Virus record (IMG/VR): IMGVR_UViG_3300020363_000101
Span: 1 to 47,406 of that record
Reading direction: 5' to 3' (one strand)
From: a virus
Lineage: Duplodnaviria > Caudoviricetes
Length of the DNA: 47,406 nt
In this document: positions 9,000-18,595 of the stretch, piece after piece
Layout of the letters: each line of letters starts with the position of its first letter
How positions within the stretch are numbered: the stretch's first letter is position 1
Notes under the pieces: generated by a model
Seen by the model: the letters and a program-made list of their open reading frames with translations, nothing else
Database searches by the model: none
Told to the model about the DNA's origin: nothing
Made by a program: the position numbers and the translations under genes

Positions 9000-11147
9000 A
9001 TGTTAAACATAGTATGTACAAGCAAACCGTGTGATGGTTTATTTTATTATAGTTATGAATACTGTTCCCACCTAAACGAAAAAGGAATACGAGCACAAGT
9101 ATACGTAGTAACTCATCGTGACTTTACTTCTGGTGATTATACAGAATCTATTAATGACAAATATATTCATTGTGAGAATATAGTATTTAACAATGATTAT
9201 ATTGAAGATGGTTGCACATCATTGATTCTAGGTAGAAGTATGATGACTCTTGCTCATATGGCATGGAATGATTATAGACCAGTACAACAAGAATCACTTA
9301 AGAAATTATTTAGTAATAACGTTATTTCTGTTTACTCAGAAAATCATCCGAAGAAATATCCTAAAGCTCTAAAATTCTTTAAACCAAAAAAGGTTATTGA
9401 TTTATGTGATACTGATGTTTATCCAAAGGGTGTTGGTGCACACTTCGAAAAGATTATACATTTCCCTATATACAAAGAAGTTGAAGAAGATATTCAATTC
9501 GATCATTTATTCTTAGGCACAAATCCAGAGTATTATGAAAGTATAGAAAAAATAATAAGTGATTATCCCGATCATGGTATATTAACTTATCATCAAAATT
9601 ACATAAACTTTGAGAACAACAATCTTAAATCTCCTGTTCCAAATCTATTAGGTAAATTCAAAACATATGTTTATACTAAAGACACATTTGATCCTGCACC
9701 AAGATTATTTCAAGAAGCAAGATGGCTTGGTAAAGAGATCATTTATCATCGTAAAAATCCTACAAAGGATGGTGGTTACTGGTATTGGAAGAGAGGATTA
9801 AAGCAACAAGATTTAGAACCAATATTTGATGCACTTGATGCACTCGATGGTAAGATTAAATTAGAGACTCAACTAGTTAAAACAAATACATCACAAATAG
9901 GTACTTTAGAACCGGCTGACAATGTAGACTTTTTTACTGATAAACTAAAATTGATTAATGAAATAAATGATGAGTTTAATCATCATTTAGATTGGGGAAC
10001 ATCTAAAGGTGAAAGAGTTTGGTTTTGTAGTATGCCGTATCGAACACCATTTAGACATAAAGATGGTAAGTACTCACCATGTAGTATTGGTAAAAAATCA
10101 GAAAAGGAATATGATTCAATAGAAGATTGGATGACAAGTGAAGAATTAAATAATATTCGCAAAGATATGTTAAACTTAAATGACTATGTATCTGATGGAT
10201 GGTCAGAAATGGAAATACATTCAATGGGTATTTCTCATATAGGTAAATACTGTGAAACATGTGTTAATGCTGAAAGACGCGAAGTAATTTCAAAGAGAAT
10301 ATCATCTAATCATCAATATCAAGATCTACATAGAAATAAATGGGATTCTGTTATAAATTCTGCCACAAAAATAATGAGAGGTCAAGAATATAAGATTGAA
10401 GGTAGAATGCTTGAAGTTGAAGTGTGGGATGATTCTCAATACAATCAAATTATAGAACTTTCTAAAAAGATTCTAAAAATAAAATATAATGATGGACCAT
10501 CATTTGAATTAATTAAAGGATTGGTCGATAAAAAACAGGCAAAAGAAATAGAATTAAGAATTGATATTAATAATCGTATATTAGATGGTGTTGAAGATGA
10601 ACTAGCAAAGTTCTTATATTTTATTCCGTATTTTAAAAAGGTTATAATAGATGTAGCGATAGATGGAATTGGAATATATAATGATTATTTAAATAGAACT
10701 AGCAATTATAAAAGTATCAAAAAACGTATAGACGAACTTTCAAAATATGAAAATGTTGTTATTCATTTGCATTCTAAAGTAAATTTCTTAAGTGTATTAC
10801 GCTTATACGAGATTCAATCTTTCTTAGGAAAATATAATCATTACTGGTTACCGGACAACGAACCAAGTGTGATGAAATGTAATAACTTACCACATATAGT
10901 TAAATCTAAACTTATTCAAAAATATGCAAAGGGAAAGGCAGTAAATCTTAAAGGCATTGCTGATATTCTTAAACAACCTGAAGAAGAAGACTTTAGCAAG
11001 GAAAAACTATATAAATACTTAATGAGTATAGATGATAAATATAAAGGAACAGAGTGGGAAATGAATCTATTTGAAATATACCCAGAACTTAAGTCCGAAT
11101 ACTTTTATCTAACCCATAAACCAAAAAATAAAAGAGGTAAAAAATGA
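9000..11147 (+). CDS. Fusion of an N-terminal GT-B-like domain and a C-terminal degenerate radical SAM (twitch-type) domain
   Basis: The N-half ends with VYTKDTFDPAPRLFQEARWLGK, reminiscent of the GT-B donor-binding motif. The C-half aligns by eye with 12437..14011 (WFCSMPY, CETC, AIDGIG, GTEWEMNLFEIYPEL) but lacks CxxxCxxC. Confidence 0.6.
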   Translation: MLNIVCTSKPCDGLFYYSYEYCSHLNEKGIRAQVYVVTHRDFTSGDYTESINDKYIHCENIVFNNDYIEDGCTSLILGRSMMTLAHMAWNDYRPVQQESLKKLFSNNVISVYSENHPKKYPKALKFFKPKKVIDLCDTDVYPKGVGAHFEKIIHFPIYKEVEEDIQFDHLFLGTNPEYYESIEKIISDYPDHGILTYHQNYINFENNNLKSPVPNLLGKFKTYVYTKDTFDPAPRLFQEARWLGKEIIYHRKNPTKDGGYWYWKRGLKQQDLEPIFDALDALDGKIKLETQLVKTNTSQIGTLEPADNVDFFTDKLKLINEINDEFNHHLDWGTSKGERVWFCSMPYRTPFRHKDGKYSPCSIGKKSEKEYDSIEDWMTSEELNNIRKDMLNLNDYVSDGWSEMEIHSMGISHIGKYCETCVNAERREVISKRISSNHQYQDLHRNKWDSVINSATKIMRGQEYKIEGRMLEVEVWDDSQYNQIIELSKKILKIKYNDGPSFELIKGLVDKKQAKEIELRIDINNRILDGVEDELAKFLYFIPYFKKVIIDVAIDGIGIYNDYLNRTSNYKSIKKRIDELSKYENVVIHLHSKVNFLSVLRLYEIQSFLGKYNHYWLPDNEPSVMKCNNLPHIVKSKLIQKYAKGKAVNLKGIADILKQPEEEDFSKEKLYKYLMSIDDKYKGTEWEMNLFEIYPELKSEYFYLTHKPKNKRGKK

Positions 11148-11809
11148 CACAATTAGAATTGTTAGATAAAAGAAGACACATTATGAAATTTTCTGATGAT
11201 AATATTCCACCAAAATCTGTAATAGAAGATATATTGTGGAAATCATGGAAAGTAACACCATCAAAAAATAGCTTTATGCCCTATCATGTAAATGTATTAG
11301 GCCCAGATAAAGTAGAAGAGAAAAAAGCTATATGGCAAAAATCTCAAAATAATAATGATACTCAAAATACAAAAAACTTTGGAGCTCCTAATCCTGTAGG
11401 TAACCAATTATTCTTAGAACATCTATCATCTGCTCCATATCTTTTAGTTTTTTCACAAAGAGTATGTGAGCCAAATGGACTCATAGCTAAAAACGTAGAA
11501 GCAGGTGCATACTATCAACAAATGCATGAAGATGAAGCTGATGGAAATCAACAAGCTGTTGGTATAGAAGTTGGTATGTTTCATTCTAACCTAACTGCAT
11601 TTGCTTTAGAAGCAGGATTAGATACTTCGTGCATTCTTTGTTTTCCAAGTGATAGAGCAAGTTGGACAGATATGGATTTTGTAGAAGGCCATGTTCTTTT
11701 ACTTATGAGTGTTGGATATTCTGAATTAGCAAGAAGAGACTTTTTAACTGAAGCAGACTCAGCATTAGATAAAAAACCAGAGCCAGAAGAAGTAATTCGC
11801 TGGATATAA
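11144..11809 (+). CDS. Nitroreductase-family flavoprotein
   Basis: LDKRRHIMKF, TPSKNSFMPY, APYLLVF, IEVGMFHSNLTAFALEAGLDTS. Confidence 0.8.
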   Translation: MTQLELLDKRRHIMKFSDDNIPPKSVIEDILWKSWKVTPSKNSFMPYHVNVLGPDKVEEKKAIWQKSQNNNDTQNTKNFGAPNPVGNQLFLEHLSSAPYLLVFSQRVCEPNGLIAKNVEAGAYYQQMHEDEADGNQQAVGIEVGMFHSNLTAFALEAGLDTSCILCFPSDRASWTDMDFVEGHVLLLMSVGYSELARRDFLTEADSALDKKPEPEEVIRWI

Positions 11810-11841
11810 ATATGTACAAATAAACCAATATATGGTATAAT
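11805..11841 (+). promoter_or_regulatory. Tandem late (TATAAATA) and sigma70-type promoter
   Basis: TATAAATA at 11805-11812; TGTACA at 11813-11818, 17-nt spacer, and extended -10 TGgTATAAT at 11833-11841; ATG at 11847. Confidence 0.6.
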
Positions 11842-11846
11842 ATATT

Positions 11847-12440
11847 ATGGAACTTGAACCAATCGTTGTAGTATTGTTAATTCATTTTGAAGGACATCCT
11901 GCTTTATCTGATGATGAAGTATTAAATAATCTTCGCTTTTCATATTTAAAATCATTAATATTTAATCCATTACCTGATAAAACAGATCCGGCTGAAGGAT
12001 TTGTAAGAGGACATAAATTTATATTTATTTCTGATCATGATCCATATCAACCAAAGATGAATGAATTATATAATATGTCTGAAGCTGAAGGTCATCATGA
12101 ATGGATAATTATTCCACCTGAATCTGAATTAAGCCCCCATGAATTAAATGATTTAATAAACGACAAAGGTTATTATATACATAATATTATTGCTGGAGGA
12201 ACTAATACAGCCGGATGTGTTATGAATAGTAGAAAATATTCAGCTGTTAAATGGGCTAAAGCAGATTTTCCTATACAAATATTCCTTCCTATGTGTGCTG
12301 ATTACCAATTTGGTGGTGCAACTGCATATGAATCACAAATGACGGCTATATGCAACCTTTTTAATGGATTAAAAGAAACTGAAACTATAGATACTTGTAA
12401 AGTTGTATCTAATATATGGGAGTTAAAACTAGACACATGA
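11847..12440 (+). CDS. Hypothetical protein, possible isochorismatase/cysteine-hydrolase fold
   Basis: VVLLIHFE at the N-terminus and IIAGGTNTAGCV resemble the cysteine-hydrolase beta1 strand and G-x-x-T-x-x-CV motif. Confidence 0.45.
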   Translation: MELEPIVVVLLIHFEGHPALSDDEVLNNLRFSYLKSLIFNPLPDKTDPAEGFVRGHKFIFISDHDPYQPKMNELYNMSEAEGHHEWIIIPPESELSPHELNDLINDKGYYIHNIIAGGTNTAGCVMNSRKYSAVKWAKADFPIQIFLPMCADYQFGGATAYESQMTAICNLFNGLKETETIDTCKVVSNIWELKLDT

Positions 12441-14011
12441 GTAAAGATAACGAACCAATGGATTACGTAGACGAATGGAATGAACTTCCAAAGTTTATGA
12501 CACGCAATGGTCCAGGTGACCACGAATTTGAAATATCACCACTAGATGGTAAAGTTGATACAACGACTTGGTTTATGGATCAGCTTGATCCTGACCTAGA
12601 ATGGAATTATAATCCAGATGTACTTGAAAAAGGATCGATAGCTCAAATGGCAAAAGATCAAGAGTTATTCTTTTGCGATATTCCATTTGGCCAAATATAC
12701 ACTGCAATGGGTGGTGAATATGCAGCATGTTGTTTTGGAGCAGAAGCAAATGGTAAAGATGGATTACCGAATAATACTGTATATAATACTACATTATTAG
12801 AATGGATGGAAGAAGGCGAATATATGAATAATATTCGTAAAGAAATGTTAGATCCAAATTCAGATTATGAGTGGGTAAAAAAGACATGTAAGAGATGTAT
12901 AGCTGATGAACACCGTTACGGTAGATCTAGAAGAACCGCTTGTATGAAAATACATAGTAATGACCAAGAATATTGGGAAAAAATTGATTACACAACTCGT
13001 ATGTTTAAAGCAACAGGCGAATTTAAATTAGAACAAAGAGTATTTGAAGTTCAACTAAAAGTTTATGGTGATGAATGTAACTTAGATTGTTATATGTGTA
13101 TGCATAATAATTCATCTATTCGTCAAAAAGTTGCATTAGAAGGTGTATGGAATCAACCTATATGGGATATGTCAGCTTGGGAAGTTCCATTAGATAATGA
13201 AGGTGAGCCAATAGCTGCACTTGACGGGTTAGACCCTTTAGTCAATCAAAAATCAAACATAGAAGGTGACAACGTAGAATCTATGATAGAACAGACTGTT
13301 GCTATAGCTCCATATATTAATAGTATTAAAATTATTGGTGGTGAGCCTCTCATTATGAAAAAACACTATGAGTTATTAAATAGATTGATAGAAGTAAATG
13401 AAGCTAAAAATATCACAATTAAATATCAAACAAATCTTACAGAAACAAAAGCTGGTAAGCATAATATATTCGACTATATACCACACTTTAAACTTGTTTG
13501 CATGGTAGCATCTGTTGATGGTATAGGAAAACCTATTGAGTATATGAGAAGAAGAACCAATTGGGATAAAGTTATAAAGAACACTGAGTATTGTAGAAGA
13601 TACGATAATGTTAATGTTGACTTTAATGGATTAGTTTCTTTCCTAAGTGTAATGAGATTTTATGAAGTAATAGATTTTTGTTTAGACACAAAAAGAACAA
13701 CAAAAGATGGTAAAGAAGAACCATTAATCGATTCAATAAATTGGGCGCTATTAGAAACACCAAAACATTTAAGAGTAAATAATTTACCAGAAAAAATTAA
13801 AAAAGATTTAATACCTAAATACGAAAGATTCCCTGATATTCAATTTGCGCTTAAAATGGAACCTGAACCAGATATAGATATTCAAGATGTTTTTGATTAT
13901 TTACTCAAAGGAGATGAGTATTATACAGGTACTAAATGGGAAATGCATTTATTCGACGTATTCCCAGAGCTAGAAGAATATTATATAAAACCAGAAGATA
14001 GGAGAAAATAA
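12437..14011 (+). CDS. Radical SAM protein with N-terminal twitch/SPASM-like Cys domain
   Basis: CNLDCYMC, IIGGEP, YQTN, ASVDG; N-terminal FCDIPF...AACC...CKRC. The ATG at 12437 overlaps the upstream TGA (ATGA). Confidence 0.88.
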   Translation: MSKDNEPMDYVDEWNELPKFMTRNGPGDHEFEISPLDGKVDTTTWFMDQLDPDLEWNYNPDVLEKGSIAQMAKDQELFFCDIPFGQIYTAMGGEYAACCFGAEANGKDGLPNNTVYNTTLLEWMEEGEYMNNIRKEMLDPNSDYEWVKKTCKRCIADEHRYGRSRRTACMKIHSNDQEYWEKIDYTTRMFKATGEFKLEQRVFEVQLKVYGDECNLDCYMCMHNNSSIRQKVALEGVWNQPIWDMSAWEVPLDNEGEPIAALDGLDPLVNQKSNIEGDNVESMIEQTVAIAPYINSIKIIGGEPLIMKKHYELLNRLIEVNEAKNITIKYQTNLTETKAGKHNIFDYIPHFKLVCMVASVDGIGKPIEYMRRRTNWDKVIKNTEYCRRYDNVNVDFNGLVSFLSVMRFYEVIDFCLDTKRTTKDGKEEPLIDSINWALLETPKHLRVNNLPEKIKKDLIPKYERFPDIQFALKMEPEPDIDIQDVFDYLLKGDEYYTGTKWEMHLFDVFPELEEYYIKPEDRRK

Positions 14012-14012
14012 G

Positions 14013-14831
14013 ATGAACGCAAATGAGTCGTTAGAAAAAACAGAGTGGAGAGACAAAATACGTGCATCTATTGACGTATCCAAAGTAGCACAAAGAAACT
14101 GGGATTTAACTCGTAGTATTTCAGACGAGGATTTAAATACATTAATTTATGCTGCAAGCAATAGCCCAACAAAGCAAATGGAAACACATTATGCTTTACA
14201 CGTGCTTACACACCCAGCAAAGGTTAGAGAGATTTATGACCATACGAAAAAATTTACATTATTTCCAAATGATGCAACAGACTTCAGTCAAGTTGAATCT
14301 GATATGTTTTCTGAAGGATCACAAGGAGAGTTTGTACAAAACGATGATTATTCTGTAAAGAATTCTCAAATTCTATCGAATGCTATGTTTGTTTATTGTG
14401 AAGATATGGGTGTTCCACGTGGAGGAACTCACTATATGGCACAAAAAGAAGGTGCGTCACCACATGTTAAATCACTTTATGAAGAGCAAGTTGATTTCTC
14501 GATTGGAATATCGGTTGGTCAATTATTGCTTTCAGCTGCGATGATGGGATATAAAACTGGTATTTGCTCAGCACTTGAATCTCAAGAAATAGGTGAACAC
14601 TTACCAAGAGATAAAGATGGTCTAGTATATAATCCTAAATTAGTTATTGGCATTGGGTATGAAAATATAGGAGTTGATAGAACATTCCATCAAGAAACAT
14701 ATAATAGAGATATACCTCATGAAAATCGTAGATCTGGACCACTTGATGAAAAGTTTCGTTTTCCTACATTCGAAGGTAAGTTAGCTGATGGTAAAAATTC
14801 TCGAGTATATATAAATGGAGTATTACAGTAA
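14013..14831 (+). CDS. Nitroreductase-family protein
   Basis: AQRNWDL, AASNSPTKQ, SIGISVGQLLLSAAMMGYKTGIC, LVIGIGY. Confidence 0.75.
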   Translation: MNANESLEKTEWRDKIRASIDVSKVAQRNWDLTRSISDEDLNTLIYAASNSPTKQMETHYALHVLTHPAKVREIYDHTKKFTLFPNDATDFSQVESDMFSEGSQGEFVQNDDYSVKNSQILSNAMFVYCEDMGVPRGGTHYMAQKEGASPHVKSLYEEQVDFSIGISVGQLLLSAAMMGYKTGICSALESQEIGEHLPRDKDGLVYNPKLVIGIGYENIGVDRTFHQETYNRDIPHENRRSGPLDEKFRFPTFEGKLADGKNSRVYINGVLQ

Positions 14832-15226
14832 TGAGCTCATCTGAGGCAGCATTGAATAAACAAAAAGAAGATCAAGAGCAAGAACTTGATATTGGTGAAT
14901 TTAAATTAAAGATTGAACCACGATGTTTAACCTTTAATCCGAAATCTTACCATAAACCTGCTGCTTATACATCTGATGGATTTATGCTTCCATGCTGTTG
15001 GTTAGATGACCCAAAAAATGATTTTGGTGTAGAATACTTTGGATTAAAAGATGAGCATCTTCGAGTAAGAAATGTTGATAAACTTGAAGACATATTTAAA
15101 TCTGAAGAATGGGACCACTTTTTTTGGACATTACTACATGACCAAAAACACGCAATGAAACACTGTAAATATAAATGTGGTAATCTAAGGAAAGATAATA
15201 ATTTATACTTGACGGAAACAATATAA
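14831..15226 (+). CDS. Stand-alone SPASM/twitch-like Fe-S domain protein
   Basis: PRC...YTSDGFMLPCCW...LEDIFKSEEW...CKYKC; TAATG-coupled to the next gene. Confidence 0.65.
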   Translation: MSSSEAALNKQKEDQEQELDIGEFKLKIEPRCLTFNPKSYHKPAAYTSDGFMLPCCWLDDPKNDFGVEYFGLKDEHLRVRNVDKLEDIFKSEEWDHFFWTLLHDQKHAMKHCKYKCGNLRKDNNLYLTETI

Positions 15227-16005
15227 TGGCAAGATTTACTGAACTAAAACCTGATGATAGGATAGCAGATTGGTATGCTCATAATGAAGTATGGGGATCA
15301 CCTAATATTGATTCATCGCATCGTTGTATTTTAAGATGTCCACAATGTTTAAGACAAAAGAAAGAAGGTGGTCCACGTATTAAAAGGGCGTATGATCTTG
15401 AGACAAAAGACTTTCAAAAGATTATAGATTACTTTCAACACTGTGTTACATTCTGTGGACAAATATCAGATCCTATATACAATCCAAACTTTTTAGAATT
15501 CTTAAGAATATTAGATGGAACAGGAAGAGGTGTAAGGATTGCTACTGCTGGTCAATCTCAAAGAAAGGTACATACTCGTGAATGGTGGGAAGAAGCATTT
15601 ACTTATGGTATGAATGAGAATGCATGGTACTTTGGCGTAGATGGTATCGATAAGAAGAGTGAACTATATCGTATTGGTTCTGATCGTGATGCAGTATGGG
15701 AAACAATGCGATTAGGTAAATCGATGGGTGTTGCTATTGTTTGGCAATTTATTGTATTTGGTTATAACGAACATGAGATAGAGATAGCAAAACAGATGGC
15801 AGAAGACGAAGGCTTTACTTTATTGTTAGTTAAAACAAATAGAGGATTCGATCCTCAATCAAGAAATATACGTGATAGTATGAAAGATATATATAATAAT
15901 TTTCCAGCACCTAGTAAGAAAAACACGGTAAAGAAAATTAAGAATGAAGAATACTTTAATGTTACAAAAGAATTAGAAACTTGGAGAAACACTAGGAATA
16001 CATAA
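15226..16005 (+). CDS. Radical SAM protein (core only)
   Basis: CILRCPQC, FCGQISDP, FGVDG, YRIG, WQFIVFGYNEHEIE. Confidence 0.85.
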   Translation: MARFTELKPDDRIADWYAHNEVWGSPNIDSSHRCILRCPQCLRQKKEGGPRIKRAYDLETKDFQKIIDYFQHCVTFCGQISDPIYNPNFLEFLRILDGTGRGVRIATAGQSQRKVHTREWWEEAFTYGMNENAWYFGVDGIDKKSELYRIGSDRDAVWETMRLGKSMGVAIVWQFIVFGYNEHEIEIAKQMAEDEGFTLLLVKTNRGFDPQSRNIRDSMKDIYNNFPAPSKKNTVKKIKNEEYFNVTKELETWRNTRNT

Positions 16006-16886
16006 TGGAAATAACTTATAATGGAATAACGATACCGTTTTTTGATCCGGAAGAATGTAAAAATTTAGATAATGTAAAGCTTGGTGATAATGGATTACCT
16101 GAGCAAGTTTTAGTATCACTATCAGGCGGATGTGATTCAGCATCTGCTTTATACCTTTGCTTAACGCATTTCCCAGATATTGAATGGTTACCATATACTT
16201 GTAGAGACTTAAATGCTCCAGGTGATGCAGATTCTGCAATTATGTTTATTGATAAGATGCAGAAAGAATTTCCACATGCTAACTTACAAGACATACAAGT
16301 ATTTGAATTTGACGATAAAGATCCTAAGTATTTTGCTGACGCACAATATTGCATAGATCATTATGAAAGATATAAAGATATGACTGTTGTTGGAATGGTA
16401 AAGGTATTATTAATTGATCGTATTACCACAAGCCTTATGCAAAAATATGATAGGCCATTAAGATTTGATGGTATGTCAAAAAATCCATCAGAGCAAGAGA
16501 TGATTGATGGCGGATTCTTAGATGTAAGTGAACCACGAAGAACTCATGACGAGACTTGGCCAACAATGGTTAGACAAATATATCAACCATTTATTAATGT
16601 TGATAAAAAATTTATTGCTGATATTTATTTCCAACATCCATTCATGCTTAAAGAAATTTATCCTCATACTAAATCATGTACTGGAACAGCATGGTGGACT
16701 AATAATTTTACAAGAGTGTGTGGTAAATGTTTTTGGTGTTATGAAAGAAACTGGGCATTTGGTGATGAACTATATCCAATCAAAAATTTACCACTAATAG
16801 ATAAACCACCTAAAGGTTATAAAGGTTCTTTAAAAACTTTACCTATTCCAAAAGTTGTCAAAGATGGAAAAATTATTAATTTGTAG
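16005..16886 (+). CDS. PP-loop adenine-nucleotide alpha-hydrolase, QueC-like
   Basis: VLVSLSGGCDSA PP-loop, PFINVDK, and TKSC...CGKCFWCYER Zn-type cluster. Confidence 0.72.
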   Translation: MEITYNGITIPFFDPEECKNLDNVKLGDNGLPEQVLVSLSGGCDSASALYLCLTHFPDIEWLPYTCRDLNAPGDADSAIMFIDKMQKEFPHANLQDIQVFEFDDKDPKYFADAQYCIDHYERYKDMTVVGMVKVLLIDRITTSLMQKYDRPLRFDGMSKNPSEQEMIDGGFLDVSEPRRTHDETWPTMVRQIYQPFINVDKKFIADIYFQHPFMLKEIYPHTKSCTGTAWWTNNFTRVCGKCFWCYERNWAFGDELYPIKNLPLIDKPPKGYKGSLKTLPIPKVVKDGKIINL

Positions 16887-17832
16887 CGGAGACAGTTTTA
16901 CTGATCCAGGTTTTAGATCTGCTTCTCATCCCGAGATGGATACATCCTGGCCTAAATGGCCAGAGATTATGGCTAAAGAGTTGGGTATGAAATGTATTAA
17001 TTTAGGAAGATCTGGTTCAGGTAATGAATACATATATTCGTCAATACAAGATGTTGTACTTAAATTAGAAGACAAAAGTCAGATAGGTTTAATAGTTGCT
17101 GGTTGGTCTCAAGGGTTTAGAAGAGATTATCAAATATGTAATATGGGAAAAACTGGTACAGCTAGTTGGCATATGGAATGGAATGAGGCTATTCAAAAAG
17201 GAGATCCTTTTGAATATGATGGTAAGACACATTATATGGATAAAGAAAATTATTTTGTCAAGGATTCATTAGTACATTGGCAAGAAGAATGGGTAAAGAA
17301 TAATATACATGAACGTAAAGCACTAACTTCCATACAAAAAGCTGCACGAATTGATGGATGGACTAATGAGAGAGTAGATCCATTTGGTGATATACAGGGT
17401 TGGGTAAGAAGAAGTTTAAGATTCTATGTAAATTTGCAAATGATGTGTGAACTATATAATATACCTTATTTGCAAACCCAAATGATACCTTTGTATATAG
17501 ATTACTTAAGAGGATTAGGTCCTACTGAACAAGAAATAGAATTAGGTAAAACCAGAGAAAACGATACTATACATTATAATGACGATCCATTTAGAGCGAA
17601 GACTGAGATTCAGAAAATTATACTTGAATATGATGGAGTAATTAATGAAAAAAGATTTATCGGTTGGCCAATTTCAAGAGAGATTGGTGGTTATCCTTTA
17701 AATATGAAAGAGCTCGGTAATTGGGATGATGAAGGAAATGAATTTATTATATCAGAGTATGATAATCACCCTACAAGAAAAGGACAAGAAAAAATAGCAC
17801 AAGCTTTATTAGAGAAATATTATAATGTATGA
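16864..17832 (+). CDS. SGNH/GDSL-hydrolase-like protein
   Basis: SGDSFT, NLGRSGSGN, C-terminal DNHP. ATG at 16864. Confidence 0.7.
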   Translation: MEKLLICSGDSFTDPGFRSASHPEMDTSWPKWPEIMAKELGMKCINLGRSGSGNEYIYSSIQDVVLKLEDKSQIGLIVAGWSQGFRRDYQICNMGKTGTASWHMEWNEAIQKGDPFEYDGKTHYMDKENYFVKDSLVHWQEEWVKNNIHERKALTSIQKAARIDGWTNERVDPFGDIQGWVRRSLRFYVNLQMMCELYNIPYLQTQMIPLYIDYLRGLGPTEQEIELGKTRENDTIHYNDDPFRAKTEIQKIILEYDGVINEKRFIGWPISREIGGYPLNMKELGNWDDEGNEFIISEYDNHPTRKGQEKIAQALLEKYYNV

Positions 17833-18595
17833 TACAAAATATTTAATAGTAAGTGGAGATAGCTTTACTCATAAAGATATGAGATCGGGGTGTTATCCAG
17901 ACATGGATACATCTTGGCCTAAATGGCCAGAGTTATTAGGTAAAAAATTAAATATGGAAGTAATCAATTTAGCATATTCTGGTGCAGGTAATGAATACAT
18001 ATTTTCTACATTGCAAGATTGTATTGTGGATATACCTAAAGAACAAATCGGATTAGTTATTGCTGCATGGTCTCAAGCTCAAAGAGGAGATTTTCAAACA
18101 GGATATACTAACGATAATAGAAGCTGGGGTCAGCAAAGAGTAGATGAGCATGGTGATTTAATATATTTTGTTCGTAGATCTTTAAGATATTTTTTGGCTT
18201 TTCAGCACATGTGTGAAAGATATGATTTACCATATTTTCAAACTCAAATGATAGATCTATATAAAGACTATATAGATGGATTAGCTCCTACTGAACGTGA
18301 AGTAGTAATTGAAGGTAAAGATCTTTTTAAAGACGGATTAAAATATCCTGGTGATAAAATAAAAGATGAACAACAATTAATGAACCTTATTATGAGTTAT
18401 GAAAATAAAATTGATACAAGTAAATTTATTGGTTGGCCAATTACAAGAACTCTTGGTGGATGGCCAATAAATCGTGGTGTAATGGGATGGAGTACAGAGC
18501 AAGAAGCGCCTTATGTTATAGATGAGCATGATAATCATCCGAATGCAGCAGGACAAGAATTAATAGCGGAGTATTTTTATGACTGGTTGGGATAG
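17825..18595 (+). CDS. SGNH/GDSL-hydrolase-like protein (paralog of the previous gene)
   Basis: SGDSFT, NLAYSGAGN, DNHP; shares MDTSWPKWPE with the previous ORF. Confidence 0.7.
   Translation: MYDTKYLIVSGDSFTHKDMRSGCYPDMDTSWPKWPELLGKKLNMEVINLAYSGAGNEYIFSTLQDCIVDIPKEQIGLVIAAWSQAQRGDFQTGYTNDNRSWGQQRVDEHGDLIYFVRRSLRYFLAFQHMCERYDLPYFQTQMIDLYKDYIDGLAPTEREVVIEGKDLFKDGLKYPGDKIKDEQQLMNLIMSYENKIDTSKFIGWPITRTLGGWPINRGVMGWSTEQEAPYVIDEHDNHPNAAGQELIAEYFYDWLG

Noticed and set aside
11010-11017. Additional intragenic TATAAATA matches (11010 plus; 29956, 38016 and 44670 minus)
   Set aside because: They are inside coding regions, far from starts, and chance matches are expected in AT-rich DNA. Some may be real but cannot be supported here.
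16005-16886. 7-deazaguanine DNA-modification system suggested by the QueC-like gene
   Set aside because: No folE, queD, convincing queE or dpdA/tgt in the window. Only the PP-loop and Cys cluster match, so no gene symbol was assigned.
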